Of a stretch of 64,000 bases of DNA, positions 25,986 through 39,254 are shown one piece after another. This stretch comes from Camelus ferus (Eukaryota), in contig NC_045707.1 in the NCBI RefSeq assembly GCF_009834535.1, forward strand, positions 51,710,001-51,774,000. The letters are read 5' to 3'. The position numbers and the translations under genes are program-made. How positions within the stretch are numbered: position 1 is the stretch's first letter; every line of letters begins with the position of its first letter. The notes beneath the pieces are model-generated. The model was not told where the DNA came from. It searched no databases and saw only the letters and a list, made by a program, of their open reading frames with translations.

Positions 25986-28129
25986 GCCAGAAAAAGAAAG
26001 TATATTTCAGTGCTCATTATTATGCTATGTCTGGTGTAGAATACTACCCCAGGTTAAAAAAAATGAGAGTAAGTGGTGATCCAAAAAATAAAATATTTTA
26101 TCTGTTTCACATTAAATTTTGGACTAAAATATCACATTTTCATTATTTCAGTCTTATTTTAATCTATTATCATATATCACCACTATACAATCTATAAAAA
26201 CAAGATCCCTTACAAGTTACATAACAGTCATTATAATAGCATGACTTCTTGGGGTATTTGAATATAATTTCTTAAACAATGGATCTATATTTTAACCTAA
26301 GTATTTTAGCTATTAACTGATTGATTTATATGATATTATAATTGATATTACCGTCTTTTCTAGATAAAATCATAGCACATTCTTGAGATGCTCATAAATA
26401 GTTTTGTCGCTCAAAGTAGCTGCCTCAGTGGGATAGGAAAATAGACAGACTGAGAGAAGTTTAAGTTGTACCATCTTTTTAGTCATTATAAACTGCTTTA
26501 CACTCTGCTCCCTTACTTATATTTCCAACCTCATTAGCATAGACATAATGAAGCTTTCGGTTTATTTTTGATATCAGGGAAACCGAGCAGGACAAAAGAG
26601 AGTAATACTGGGTTTAAAAAACAAATTTTTTTTTCCCCCAAAGGCCAGAACATTACAACACCGTTCACTTGTTTTGTATCAAAACAAAGATTGTTTTGAT
26701 ATAAACTGGATTGTGTGTGAAAAATTTATACAGTAACTAGTGGTAAGAACAGAGCTGTGTAATTTTCAAATCTAGCAACAAGCTATGTCACCTACTTGAA
26801 AAATGTGTCATTTCTAGGATGAATTTATGTCAGCACAAGGTGTCGGATGGGTAGCTCTGGGGAGTGAAATTCTGTTTGTCCACCATACTTTTCATCCTAT
26901 TTTTGATCTTTAAAAACAGACTGAAGTGATATGTGCATGTTATGATTCTGTGGCTGTGCTATCTCTGACACCTTTCCTTATATGTTCTTCTCAATAATAG
27001 AAGGATATCAGAAAAGAAAACATCTTTTCATCAGCAGCAGCACCAGTACCACTGCAAATGCTAGAAGGGGAAAATAAGGAAAAAAAAAATTTTAAAAATA
27101 TAAAAAAACTCTGAACTTCTCACACAAAGCCCTTATTTCCTAGACATTTACATTTTCTTCTGCTTTGCCGAGAGATAACAGATGGCTGCGTGGTGATTTG
27201 GGATGCTAATTAGACTGTTGTGTTTTTCAGCTAACCTTAGGTAGGCACAGTCCTGTGAGGGCTGATTACCACTATGCCATTTAAAAATGCTAGCAGATAA
27301 CCGTTAAACACCCTTTCATAATGAACTTTTTATAAACAATAAAACCATGATTAACTCTAGTATCATAAAAAAAAGTCTATAGCAGAAAGACAGTCATTAA
27401 ATGCACTGTGGCATTATAAGAGTGATTTTCAATTTTTAACTGAACTCCAGAACTAGTAGGTCTGAAAAAAAAATAGTATATAGTATTTTTATGTGATTCA
27501 TTGAACTCTCTATAATACGGTGACACAAAGGGAACGCCGGTGGCAGTAGACAGGTTCTCTGGGGACAGAGTTAAGAAATGAGGAAATTGGGTTTAATGCA
27601 GTCATCTTGAATAAAATATTAAAACTGGGATGAAAGAACATGCACATTATGTTTGGTAAGGTATGTTAGGAAAGAACCAGGATTAGATTCATGAATAGGT
27701 AATGATATTCTATACAAAGTAACATTGATATCCAAAAGAAGTGGGAAGTTTTTAATGTACTACAAGAATTATAAATGATATTTACATCAGTATTTATTAA
27801 ATAGCATCTTAAGTTTATTAACTGATAAAAATTTTCACATTCTATATGGAAAATTTAATTTAAAATTGCTACATGTTGAAACAGAGTATCTTTTCCAGAG
27901 CCTAAAGCAATAATTTTAAAGATAAACATTAACAAATTTTTTCAAGAATTGAGATGAAATTATATAAAATTTAAGTTTGAACTCAGATCTGAAATAACGT
28001 TCAGATATGTAAAGTTTTTGCAAATCTGACACTGAAGGTATAAGCCTAGTACCTGAATCCCTCCTGAATTTAGTAGTGTATTAAATGATCTCAAGCCTGC
28101 CATCCCATGTATTTATCTGTCCAGAAGCA

Positions 28130-28355
28130 AAAGCAGAGTAAAGAAGTTAAAAGCAAATCTTCTGGAATTAAAATCACTAGTTCAAATTCTTTTTCTACCG
28201 TTTATCATGTTTATGAAATTGCCCAAATTCCTTAACCCAATTTAACTTCACTTTCTTCAAGGGACTTAACTCTATATGGCTTCTATGAAAACTAAGTAAG
28301 ACAATTCATATTAAACATTTAGCACTCAGCCTAGAATATGGTAAATACTCTACAG
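28130..28355 (+). mobile_element. MIR SINE
   Basis: tctggaattaaaatcactagttcaaattc...aaacatttagcactcagcctagaatatggtaaatactc. Confidence 0.6.
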
Positions 28356-29039
28356 ATGATGCCAGACATCCTTGTAATCACCATTGCCTTTGGGGGGGAT
28401 GTGAGAGGTAAAATTAGGTAAATATAATATGCATTCTAATAGCAAACACAGATTAGAAAAATGTTTTCTAGGAATTTTATAAAAATCCCTCCTGTGACTG
28501 ATATATTTCGGTTTTCGTTTTTGATGGTGTTGTTCAAAGGGAATTGAAAATAATTAGAAAAATTTAAATATACATCAACTGTATTTGGATTAGGAGAAAT
28601 CTGTCTCTCTTCCCAGTGTACTGTGAAAACAGGTTACTTTTCAGTAGAGTTGCCTTGGACGTATTGAGCTGCATTTCCAATATATGAAAAATTTCAATGG
28701 TCAGATGTGTTTTAATTTGTAGGCCCCATATATGTTAATACACTTTTCCTTCTAAGATTTGTGTTTCTCTGTCAAGCACAGTTTGAGCAAAATCCACTGA
28801 AGCACAAGCCTATGGGATCTAATAGAGTTGATAAATAGCTTATCCTTTTACCGTTTTGGAATAAATTCATTAAAATCAGAAAATCAGGGATTCAGTTCTG
28901 CATTAGCACCAATATTTTATCTGCAGAGTCCAATAGAGAATTTGCCTTCCAGTGTGTCATCCTTTATATATAAATACATAAATTGTATGTGTTCCCTATT
29001 TTAAATTAAATTAGTGCATGCTAACACAGAATTTCATTA

Positions 29040-29300
29040 TTTCAAGTAGAATTTCACATGTGTTATCTCAATTTATTTTCCAGAGGATTATTATGTCTGT
29101 TCCAAGATGATTTATTTGAGAAATTCTACCCTACTTTCCAGATTAGATTTCTCTGAGAAGAACATCTTATCTTCACTTTTAAGATAATTAAAGCTCAAAG
29201 GAGCCAAATGACTTGTCTAAAGAAACACAGTAAATTAGGGGCAGACCCACAATTGAGGTTCAGATATTATTAGTTCCACTGGCATGTTCACTCCACTACC
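29040..29300 (-). mobile_element. MIR SINE (antisense, fragmented)
   Basis: ttcacatgtgttatctcaattt...aaagctcaaaggagccaaatgacttgtctaaagaaacacagtaaattagggg. Confidence 0.55.
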
Positions 29301-30284
29301 TGCTGTTTCATGTGTGCGTGCACGTGTGTGCGTGTGTTCACCTAAGGGGCTGTATTTCAAGGCTCCTTTACTGGTGCATATTTGTCATACTTTTCTTAGT
29401 ATTGTGTATCATATTCATGAACTATCTCAGAGCTTTAGAAAATTGCTCATCTCCTCTTTGTAAATCACTTGTTTACTCTCTATGCCGCATCCCATCTTCT
29501 TGATAGTTTTCGGCTATTTTGAAATTGTTCTCAAAACAAAACTCACAAGAAATTTACTTCTCTTAAAAAAGAGACCATTTTAAAATAGGCTCAGACTGAT
29601 GTTCAGTCTAGTCCAGCATTCTGAGTTTTGATAGTAACACCAAGACAATCAATTGAAGGGTATGATATTTTCTATGAAAATACTCAAAGCTCTTTAACCT
29701 CAACTTTTCTATGAAATTAGCACTAAAATGAATGTATCACTTCTCTGTTGCTTTGTGTTGTTACTGTATTTATAACAAGAATGTATGAAATGCTTTATAA
29801 ATAAATGACTACTTACTGTGTTTGACTTCCAGTCACATCATCGCCATTAACACATCACTCTGTCAGTTAGGTCCTAAGGTTTGGTGAATATGACAATTAG
29901 TAAGACTCAGTCCCTGACTTTTAGGGATTTAAATCTATTGCAACTGAGAAGGTTTGGACATATTTCTGTGATGCAATGATTTAGGAAATTTAATGGGGAA
30001 TATAGTGACTTTGGCAGCAGGAATGCCAGTCAGCAGACTCCTGCACCAGACAGGATATCAGGATTCAAACTATGGTAGTGGCAGCGCAGCCGAAAAAGGA
30101 GAATCATATTGTGGGTCATTTTAGATAAAGTTTAATCTGTCTCATTAATGTTTAGTTAACCCTTGTTTGTTTCTTTTCTTTTTGTTCCCTGAGAAGAACA
30201 TATATTCTAGCTTTTTCCCCCATATTGCCAAAAAATAACCACTAGAGATGAAGGAAAAAAACATTGGCTGATTTCCAATTGTTT

Positions 30285-30580
30285 TCTATTTTATTTTCAA
30301 TTTTTGATTTTGACAATTCTGACAAATTAAAATTGCAATAATAGTACAGAGAACTCTTATTTCCCAAATATTTTCCAAATTTACTCTTTATCACATTTAC
30401 ATTATCATTTTACCCCTTATATAGACACACACATACGTACACACACAAGCACACGTATTTGGGGGTTTTTTAGAGTAAATTGTAGATATTGCATTCTTTA
30501 CCCATAAATACTTCTCTGTGTATTTCCTTAAAACTAGCACAGTAACCTAGCTAATCACTGTACAATTATCAAAATATCTC
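30285..30580 (-). mobile_element. L1MC4/5-type 3' end
   Basis: aattgcaataatagtacagagaactc...gagtaaattgtagatattgcattctttacccataaatacttc. Confidence 0.55.
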
Positions 30581-31814
30581 ATTTGTTTTAATGTCTCCAA
30601 TCTAGTCTTAAGCCACTCAGTTGTCATTCTCAAGATAAGCTCTGTTTTTCCTTATCTTTTCTGTGTTTACCCTATTTATTTATCATTTCATAATGTTGGA
30701 TTTCCATGTATTAGCTTCTGCTTAACTTCCAATGAATGGTCCCTGGCCCTGAATAGGAACATGACCACACCTAACATACTGCACAGAAAAATCAACCCTG
30801 ACAAGTAGGGACTCAGCTCTGTTTCCAGGACTGTGAAATGGAACCAGTGGTCATCTGGCCAGAAATGATGTTTCAGCCTCTGTGGGGCTTGTCCACCGCG
30901 GGGAGGGACACCTTTCCCACACCAGTGTCCATGAGGAGGAACTATGCCAGAGCCTGTGCCCTAGAAGAAGGAAGTAAGGAAGGTGATTTATCAATGCAAT
31001 TCCAACTTCCTTCATAGGAGAAAGTTTCCTGTGGAAGAGAGTATGGTAAATGGACTCTATTTTTGTTCTGTCTCTCCTCCCACCATCCACCCCCACAACC
31101 TGGGAATTTTTTTCATAATGAAACCAAAGAAAATACTGCAAATGCAACCTGTAATGTTCTATTAAAGAAAACCCCCTTAAAAATGCAAGGACAAGTACAA
31201 AATATAGCTATGTATACATTAATACAGCAAATATTCTCAATAGTCTGTAACATGAATAGATGTGCTTTAAACATGCACCTTATACAGAATATATTCTAAA
31301 TGCTGTGTAGCTTGAATGATTGTACTTTAAGCGTGTGCTTTACATAATTGTTTTCCCCTGGCAAAACACCTCTCCTATATAAATATGAGTGTAATGCCTT
31401 TTCTCATAAAATCATACACGTGTTTTTCTTTGTAAGATAGGGATCGTGTACCAATGGAACTGGTTATAATCAGAAATCAGTCCCTGTACAGCGTCTGTTG
31501 TGCTTAGTGTCTCAGTCTATTAATTTGATCTAACATCTCACTTGTTGGAATATCTTAGAAACTGGTCTTCTCACTCCTAATTTTTATGCCATTAATTGGT
31601 AGTTACATTTCACTGCAATAAGTAAAGATCTCAAGTGTGATGCTGCTTTAAATGTTCCTGATATTTGGGTTCACAAAACTTTAATTCATGAATTTATGAC
31701 TGGGATTGTATAATAAAGTCAACATAGAAACATCTCTCTGTTCTTATCTATTTTCTAGACAGAGAAATAAAATATTTCACATAATTTTACTTTAAAAATA
31801 CCTCATGTATGTTG

Positions 31815-32120
31815 TGTTGAAAGTGTTCAGTATCTTGACTGTGGTGGTGGATAGAAGAACCCACGCATGTGATAAAATTGTACAGAACATAAACACACAC
31901 GCAGACACACAGCAAAATGGCAAGTAAGACAGAGTAAATCTGAATAGATCAGAATATTATCTCAATATCAGTATCTTGATAGTGATATTACACTCAAGGA
32001 TTGAAAAATGTTACCATTTGGGGAAGCTGGGCAAAATGTAAAAGGAATCTCCTTGTGTTATTTCTTACAACTGAATGAAAATCTAAAATTATCCCAAGAA
32101 AATTTTCAATTAAAAATAAA
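31815..32120 (+). mobile_element. L1MD-type 3' end
   Basis: tatcttgactgtggtggtgg..atgtgataaaattgtacagaac..aaatctgaatagatc..aatgttaccatttgggg..tatttcttacaactg. Confidence 0.75.
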
Positions 32121-32603
32121 CTTTACATTACTCTTAAACAATTTGTTCCTACTGAAAATACTAAGACAAAATTTTGACCTCATATGCATATTTACTCTGC
32201 ATCATTTTGAAGTTCAACTCAAGGAATTTTATTAAATGTATTCAGTTTGCAGTGAGACTCTAGGCAAATGAATATCATGAAATATCTATATTCAATATCA
32301 TTATTTAAAATAAGGTATGACCATTATTTATTATATTTTGGAAAAAAGTTAAAATGTTCATTTGCTTTTAACATTGGAGGAATTCGTTATATTGCTAATT
32401 GGGCTTATTTTGGGGGGAGAAAGATAGACATTTCCTTTCTTGTGGTTTAGTTTCATTTCTCATGCTTTTTTTTCGTTTACTTCCCAACTTCTACTCCTCC
32501 GTATCAATCCATTCTCCACAGCACAGCTAGTGCTGTCTTTTTTTTAAAAAATGCAAACTCTTCCTCTCCTATTCCGTGCCAAATTTATCAGCAAGTCTCG
32601 TGG

Positions 32604-32780
32604 CGATAAGCAGACTTGCCATGAACCTGAGGAATTTTAAGCCTCAAAGTCCCTCAAATGCACAGATTTCTCCTAAAGGCCTCATACTTATTTGCATGTT
32701 TGTAATTTTCTGTTCTTTTCCTTAAAGAGGGCAAAATATGATTATTCTTCAAGTCCCATGAAGCTGGGAGTCAGTGTTGC
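32604..32780 (+). mobile_element. MER69A-like hAT-Tip100 element
   Basis: ttaagcctcaaagtccctca...ttttccttaaagagggc...ttcaagtcccatgaagctgg resemble the recalled MER69A consensus. Confidence 0.45.
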
Positions 32781-33079
32781 TTGTCATTTTCATTTCTAGA
32801 ATATTTCTCCCATCTTTTTATTCCTCAGTATTGATAGTGGTACCCTCCCAAACCCTCATTTTCTTTTTGCCTGGATTACACTAATAGCCAAAGACCCTGT
32901 CTTCCTATGCCAAATAGACCAAATCTCCCTCAAATCTGTAGTTCTAAACCTATAGTCTTATTTGCACCCACAGCCGTTTCCTATTCCCCTTCCTTAAAAT
33001 TGGAGAAGCCTCTTCCTCTCTAAAGGTCATGAATTGGATCTTTCCACTTTCTCCTCTCCCTCAATTATTTCACTCGTTT

Positions 33080-33543
33080 GTTACCCATGTGTTCAAATTT
33101 TCCTTTAATTTTAACATTTTTACATGCATATTTAAACTTATTCCAGCTTGTTTCTTCTCAAACACTGTAGCAGCAATACGACCATGAGGGACAAACAAAA
33201 AGTTCTTGAAATTCTGATTCCTACTCAGCTACTATTTTTTATGTTAAAGACTTTTCCAAGCCAAACTATGCACCATTTGTGTTTCTCACTTCTCACCTCT
33301 TCCATCAGTTCTCTGAAATTTACTCCCAAGATTATTAATAATCTTCTTTATGCTAAAAACAATGGCTTTTCATCAATCCTAGTTTACACTTGACCTGTGT
33401 CATGTGACAAGACTGATTCCTCCTTGAAACACACATCTCTTGGCTTCTGCAACTCACCAGAATCCTGGCCTCCTCCTACCAGCCTGAGCATTCCTTTAGG
33501 TTCCTATTTCATTGTCCATCACTGAAATGTTCCTATACTCTGC
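33080..33543 (+). mobile_element. L2 (left part; continues at 35047-35117 and 36573-36930)
   Basis: tgctaaaaacaatggcttttc...cttgacctgtg...ctccttgaaacac..tcttggcttctgca. Confidence 0.7.
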
Positions 33544-35046
33544 TTATTTTTTAAAATAAACTTTATACTTTAGAGTCATTTGAGGTTTACAGCAATATTG
33601 AGAGGAAGATACAGAGATTTCACATATACTCTCTCCCCCTACGGAGCCAGAGCCTCCCCTCTCATCAACATCTTCCAGAGTGCTACGTTTGTTACAACTG
33701 ATGAACTTACGTGGACTTTCGTGATCATTGTTATACATTCTATGAGTTTGGACATATTTAAAATAACATGTATCCACCATTATAGCTTTGTACCAAATGT
33801 TTTCACTGCCCTAAACATCCTCTGCCTGTTCATCCCTCCTTCCTTGTTAACGTCTGGCAACCACTGATATATTTTACTGTCTCCATGCTTTTGTCTTTTA
33901 CAGAATGTCATGTAGTTGGAATCATACAGTATGCAGCCTTTTCAGAGTGGCTTATTTCACTTAGTTATATGCATTTAAAGTTTTCCCATGTCTTTTCATG
34001 GCTTTATGGCACATTTTTTTTAGTGCTGAAAAATATTCCATTGTCTAGATATATCACAGTTTACCCATTCACCTACTGAAGGACATCTTGGTTGCTTACA
34101 AGTTTTGGAAATTATGAGAAAAATGTGCAGGTTTTTATGTGGACATGTTTTCAGTTCCTTTGAGTAGATAATAAGGAGCATGATTGTTGGATCATATGGC
34201 AAGAGTATGCTTTGTAAGAAACTATCAAACTGTCTTTCAGTGTTGCACCATTTTATATTCTTACCAGCAGTGAATGGAAGTTCCTGTTGCTCCACATCCT
34301 GCTCAGCATTTGGTGTAGCCAGTGTTCTGGATTTGGGCCGTTCTAATAGGTGTCCAGTCACATCTTGATGTTTTAATTTGTTATTTCTCAGAAGCCATAT
34401 GACATGGATCTTTTTATATGCTTATTTACATCTGGGTATCTTCTGTGGTGAAGCATCTGTTAAGGTCTTTGGTCCATTTTTTTTAATGAGGTTGTGTTCT
34501 TATTGCTGAATTTTAAGAATTCTCTATATAGTTTGGAAAACATTCCTTTATCAGATGTGTCTTTTGCAAATACTTCTCTGTCTCCGTGGTTTGTCTTCTC
34601 ATCCTCTTGTCTTTTGCAGAGCATAAGTTTTTAATTATCATAAAGTACAATTTATCAATTCTTTTTTTCATAGATGGTGCCTTTGGTGTTGTATCTAAAA
34701 TATAGTCCCCAAACTCAAGGTCATCTACGATTTCTCTTCCATTATCATCTAGATGTTTTAAAGTTCTATGTTTTACATTTAGGCGAGTGATACTTTAGAA
34801 ATAAAATTTTTGAAGAGTATGAGGCTTGTGTCTGGGGTCTTTGTGTCTGTGTGTATGTGTATGGATGCCTAGTTGTTCCGGTACCATTTGTTGAGAAGAC
34901 TGACTTTGCTCCTTTCTATTGCTTTTGTTCCTTTGTCAAATATCAGCTAACTACATTTGTGTTGGTCTATTTCTGGGCTCTGCATTTTGCCCTACTAATG
35001 TATTTATTCTTTCACCATACCACACTGTCTTGATTACTGTAGCTTA
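33544..35046 (-). mobile_element. L1MC-type LINE-1, 3'UTR plus end of ORF2, inserted in L2
   Basis: aggtttacagcaatattgagagg..acagagatttc; cacctactgaaggacatcttggttgctt; cactgtcttgattactgtagct. Confidence 0.9.
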
Positions 35047-35117
35047 CTATTCTTACTCTACACACACTACTTAACACACTCATTCACCCTCCTGATATCA
35101 AATAGCACCTATATGCT

Positions 35118-36573
35118 TATTTGTTTATTCAGCTAGTGCACGTTGAGTACCTGCTTTGTGAGAGGTACTGTGTTTGGTCCTGGGAATGCAATTTGAACAA
35201 AAGTGATGTGTTCATTAACCTTAATCAAATAAGCATGCAAGTATATTGCTAAGTACAATCTGTAATCATCGTTACATAGGAAGAATACAGTAAACTGAGG
35301 GGGTACATAAAAGTTAGAATTGATAACGGGGAGGGTTTCTTTGGGGACATGTATTTGAGCTATGCTCACAAGCAGAAGCAGGAATTAACTTATCAAAAGG
35401 AAGACAGAGTATTGCAGGCAGAGACGGCAGCAGAATAAAGGTCCTGAAGCAGCATATAGGGCTTTTCAAATGTCGGCCATTGATCACAAATTGCAGGCTC
35501 TTTTGTAACAGCTCTTTAATTTACTCCTCTGTAATGTGTTAGAAGAGTTGTTGATCAAGTTTTCCCACCTTCTCTTTGCCAGGGAATGTGTATGTAATCC
35601 AGGTTAGGCCAGTCAAATGTTCTCTCCTTGAAACATAAATTTCGAACAGAATTTAAACAAACAAAAAATAAAATTGGAGCTCATTCATTCCTGTATGGAC
35701 ACTGACATAAAACTGTTGGGTTGATTATGCTTCATAGATTCCAGCGAAACCATTTTTTTCTATCTTATTCTGCACCTGTTTCCCTGGCCTTCTGGTCAGT
35801 TCTGTGAGCTCTCCCATATAATTCCTGATAATTTCTTTCTCTGCTGAAGGTAGCCCAATTTGGTTTCAAATTTTTACGTTGAATGATCCCTAGTGATATA
35901 TGAAAATAAGCATGGAATTTTTGAATGAAAATTTGGTCATTATGGGTAAAATGAAAGAAGAGAGGAGTGAAATACGATAAAATTAGGGCACAGGAAGGGA
36001 TAGATAAAACCCATTTTCAGTCCAGTTTAAGGATTAAGTCTTTATCCTAAGATCACAGGGAAGTCATTATTATAAAATGTTTAAGCATAAGAGCTACATG
36101 ATCAGAATCAGATTTTAAAAACATAGGTCCAGATTCAGTTAATAAAATACAATGTGAGCAAAAAGGGTAAACGTAAGGCTATTTAGGCAATGATTACATT
36201 ATGATAAAATAAAAGTTGATAAGGAGAAAGCAGGCAGGTGGATTTCATAAGTATTTAGATGGTAAAACTGACACATCAGTCTCTTGTGGCAGAGGCAAGT
36301 GTGTAGGAAAAGCCTTAGGTTTCTTGAAACTGTCAAATGTCAGAGATGGCTTTCAGGAGAGAGTTCCTTAAGTCTCCGGCTTACAGAACTGGATCTTTAG
36401 AAACGGCATTTACAATGAAACAGGGAATAATGGATGATAAGTAGATTTATGTAGGGCATATTTTGGGTTAGTCATTAAATTTACTAAATTATTAGTGACT
36501 TGAGACATAAAAGAGATGTCCAGAAGACATAGACTATTTGTGCCTGTAACCTGGGTTATAGTTTTGGGGGTCA
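35118..36573 (-). mobile_element. Antisense L2, interrupted by an LTR at about 35471-35900
   Basis: gttgagtacctgctttgtgagaggtactgtg (3' end); ctttatcctaag..gggaagtcatt..acatgatcaga; gagatgtccag...ttttgggggtcatc. Confidence 0.7.
35471..35900 (+). mobile_element. Old ERVL solo LTR (LTR16/LTR33-like) nested in L2
   Basis: atgtaatccaggttaggccagtcaa...ttctgtgagct...tctgctgaaggtagcccaatttggtttc...ccctagtgata. Confidence 0.55.
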
Positions 36574-36930
36574 TCTCTAGCCCAGACTTTTCGGAGTTCC
36601 AGATCCATATAGCCATCTTTCTATTTGGCATCTCCAGTTGAAGGCCTCCAATGCACCTCAAACTCTCTGTGTTTAAAAAAATTGAACTCCGTCTGCACTC
36701 CCCTCAAAAAGTACACTCACTCTGTTCCTCTTTCATTAATGCTCATCTCAGTGAAACTGATTACTATTCACCTAGTTGTGAAAGCTAGTAACCTAGGGAT
36801 TATAATTATTTGTTCTTTCTTCTACAGTTCCCATTTCAAAAACAATCAACAATATCTCTTTATGTTGAAAATTGCTCTCAAATTAAGTTTGATTTTTATA
36901 TCCTTATGTCATACCATAATTCTTTGCATT
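36573..36930 (+). mobile_element. L2 (right part of the 33080 element)
   Basis: atctctagcccagac..gagttccagatccatatagcca..catctcc..gcacctcaaactc..attcacctagttg..aacctaggga. Confidence 0.7.
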
Positions 36931-37304
36931 TATTATACAATTGTGAACATTAAACTTTGCATTTTATCTAGAAGTTGAAAATGTTCCAAAGAGCGATATG
37001 TGTGCTCTTTTTAATGTCAGTCATTATTCTCTCTGGTTTTACTGTTGTTATTAGGTTGCTATATTTAAATTTAATGAAGCATTTATTCTCAATCAAGAAG
37101 ACCATTGAGATGATACAATTCTTTAAGTCTGTGGTGTGAAATCAGAGTAATAAACTTTATTTGGTGTGAGATGAAAAATGATTGAATATGCTTTCTATTC
37201 ATTAAGTTTCTTCTATTCTTTCTCTTTGATATTTGTAAGTAAAGTAAATTATAAAAAGTGTTAGATTTTTTTCCTAATCTCCTCTGTGAAGTTCTGATAA
37301 AGTG

Positions 37305-37334
37305 TTAAAGACAAAACTTAAGTTTTGTCTTTAA
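37305..37334. repeat. 30-bp perfect palindrome
   Basis: ttaaagacaaaacttaagttttgtctttaa equals its own reverse complement. Confidence 0.97.
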
Positions 37335-39034
37335 GGACAGGGACAACTTGTTCTATTTTATGACACTTAGGATGCAACAATATATTACAGAATGCATTTC
37401 TGACATGCCATAGTAAAGTCAGTCTTCATCACAGTAAGTCTACTCCTTCTAAATACAAAGTTGTCTTTAAAGAATAAGGTAAGAAACAAAATGAGACAAA
37501 TTACCATATGTTGCTTAATAAAGCCTAGGTTTTGAAATAGTTATTTTAAATTCCAATATAGGAAATTCAGAAATTTTTTAACCAAATAAAATGAACTAGT
37601 GTATAGATTTATAATATATAAAATCCAGATGGTATTTCTTTTACTGTTTCTAAATTAACTAGAATTAAAAAAATTTTTTTCTAACTGTTTCTCAGTTTTC
37701 TCTAAGCAAACAAGCCAAAGCTATCCACATTTTGAAAATTATCCCTTCATTGAACCAATTTTTTTTAGTTCAATAGTCTTGCACATTGCACCTTTTACAG
37801 TGCCTGTCACCTGTTAAGTATTTCTTAGATTTGATCCATGAACCATGGTACTTACTTCAAAAATATAGAATAAAATAAAATAAAATCAGACTTCTGCTCC
37901 CTGCCCCAAACATTATAGCAGAATCCATAGGTATGAAGCCTTAGCATTTAAACAGCACAGTTTAGTGATGTTTTTAGAACTTTTCATCACTGCCAGTGAT
38001 GCAGGAACTTGAGACTGTACTTCTGCCCAAGTTAATATGTCCACCTTCCTAGGAAGACCCTCTCACATTGGGACCTGCTCTCCTTTGACTCAATTCTCAG
38101 GAGTAAAAGCATGCTAATCCTGTGAGATTTGTTTATTCCTCCTGACCATTTGGCCATAGGGAGTTTCCTTTTGTTAGAGTCTTAAACTGGGCACTTTAAT
38201 CTCAGTGGCTCTCATGGAGAGATGACAACTCTGGATATCAGAGAATGGAGGGTTCAGCAGGATCTTTAGTCTTTAAGTTTTAGAACTAATGCTGTGTACA
38301 GTAAAAAAAAAAAAAAGTGATTTTTTACTTTGATCATTCAGAGAGTAATCAACAAGCAAGAAAAGGAGTTATCAAGCTTACATTACAAAGAAGTAAAACT
38401 GATAATGATAAAGGCAACAGTTTTGGACTTGAAATCCAGTGGCCTTCCAGATTAATGCAAATTTCATGGTAAACATGATCTTTCTAAAGAGAAGAAAACC
38501 TAACAGAACAAATGTCAGTGTCAAATTTTAGGTTTTTGGACTATTTTCCTCTTACCTTTTCAACATATAACTTAATTTTCATAGCCATTCTATAGATGAT
38601 GTTTTAAAGTATTAATTATTATAAAAGATTCTATATTAATTCCAATCTTTGTTATTCTTTTCTCTGTGCATTTAAATAGATACATTTAGGAAGATAAATT
38701 AACACACTAGTGAATCGATTTTGACCAACCAAATATTTTATTCAAGAGACTAGATTATATATAACGCAGCAGTTTTGTATCCTCACATATAAATTAATCC
38801 TCTAGTATATATTTTTTATCATTTCAATTAAAATTTAAACTAAGAAATAGACATTTAAGAAGACAATCTGGTCAGCCTGTTTTTTTCAGTCTGAGAAGAG
38901 AAATAGCTAATTATCTTTCTGTGAAATGTACTGAATTTTTTAGAGATTTCTTTCCTCTCCCTTTTTTTAAAAACTACTTTAAGAAAATGAGTTATAAAAT
39001 GTTTCTTGTTAGTACATTCTTATCACTTACAGTC

Positions 39035-39254
39035 TCAGGTTCAGCAAACTGACCAGAGGGCTAAATCCAGTGTGCTGCTTGTTTTTGTAAATCGAGTTTT
39101 ATTGGAAAGCAGACACACTCCTTTGTGTATGTTTTGTCTATGGCTGGTTTCATGATACAACTTCAGAACTGAGTAGTTGTCACAGAGACAGTATGGCCAA
39201 CAAACCCTAAAATATTTACTGTCTAGTTCTTTAGAGAGAAGTTTGCCAGTCCTG
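39035..39254 (+). mobile_element. MER58A hAT-Charlie MITE
   Basis: cagg..cagcaaact...tgtttttgtaaatcgagttttattggaa...cctaaaatatttactgtct...agtttgccagtcctg. Confidence 0.85.

Noticed and set aside
27530..27550. CTCF-like cgccggtggcagta
   Set aside because: The 5' half of the core motif is missing.
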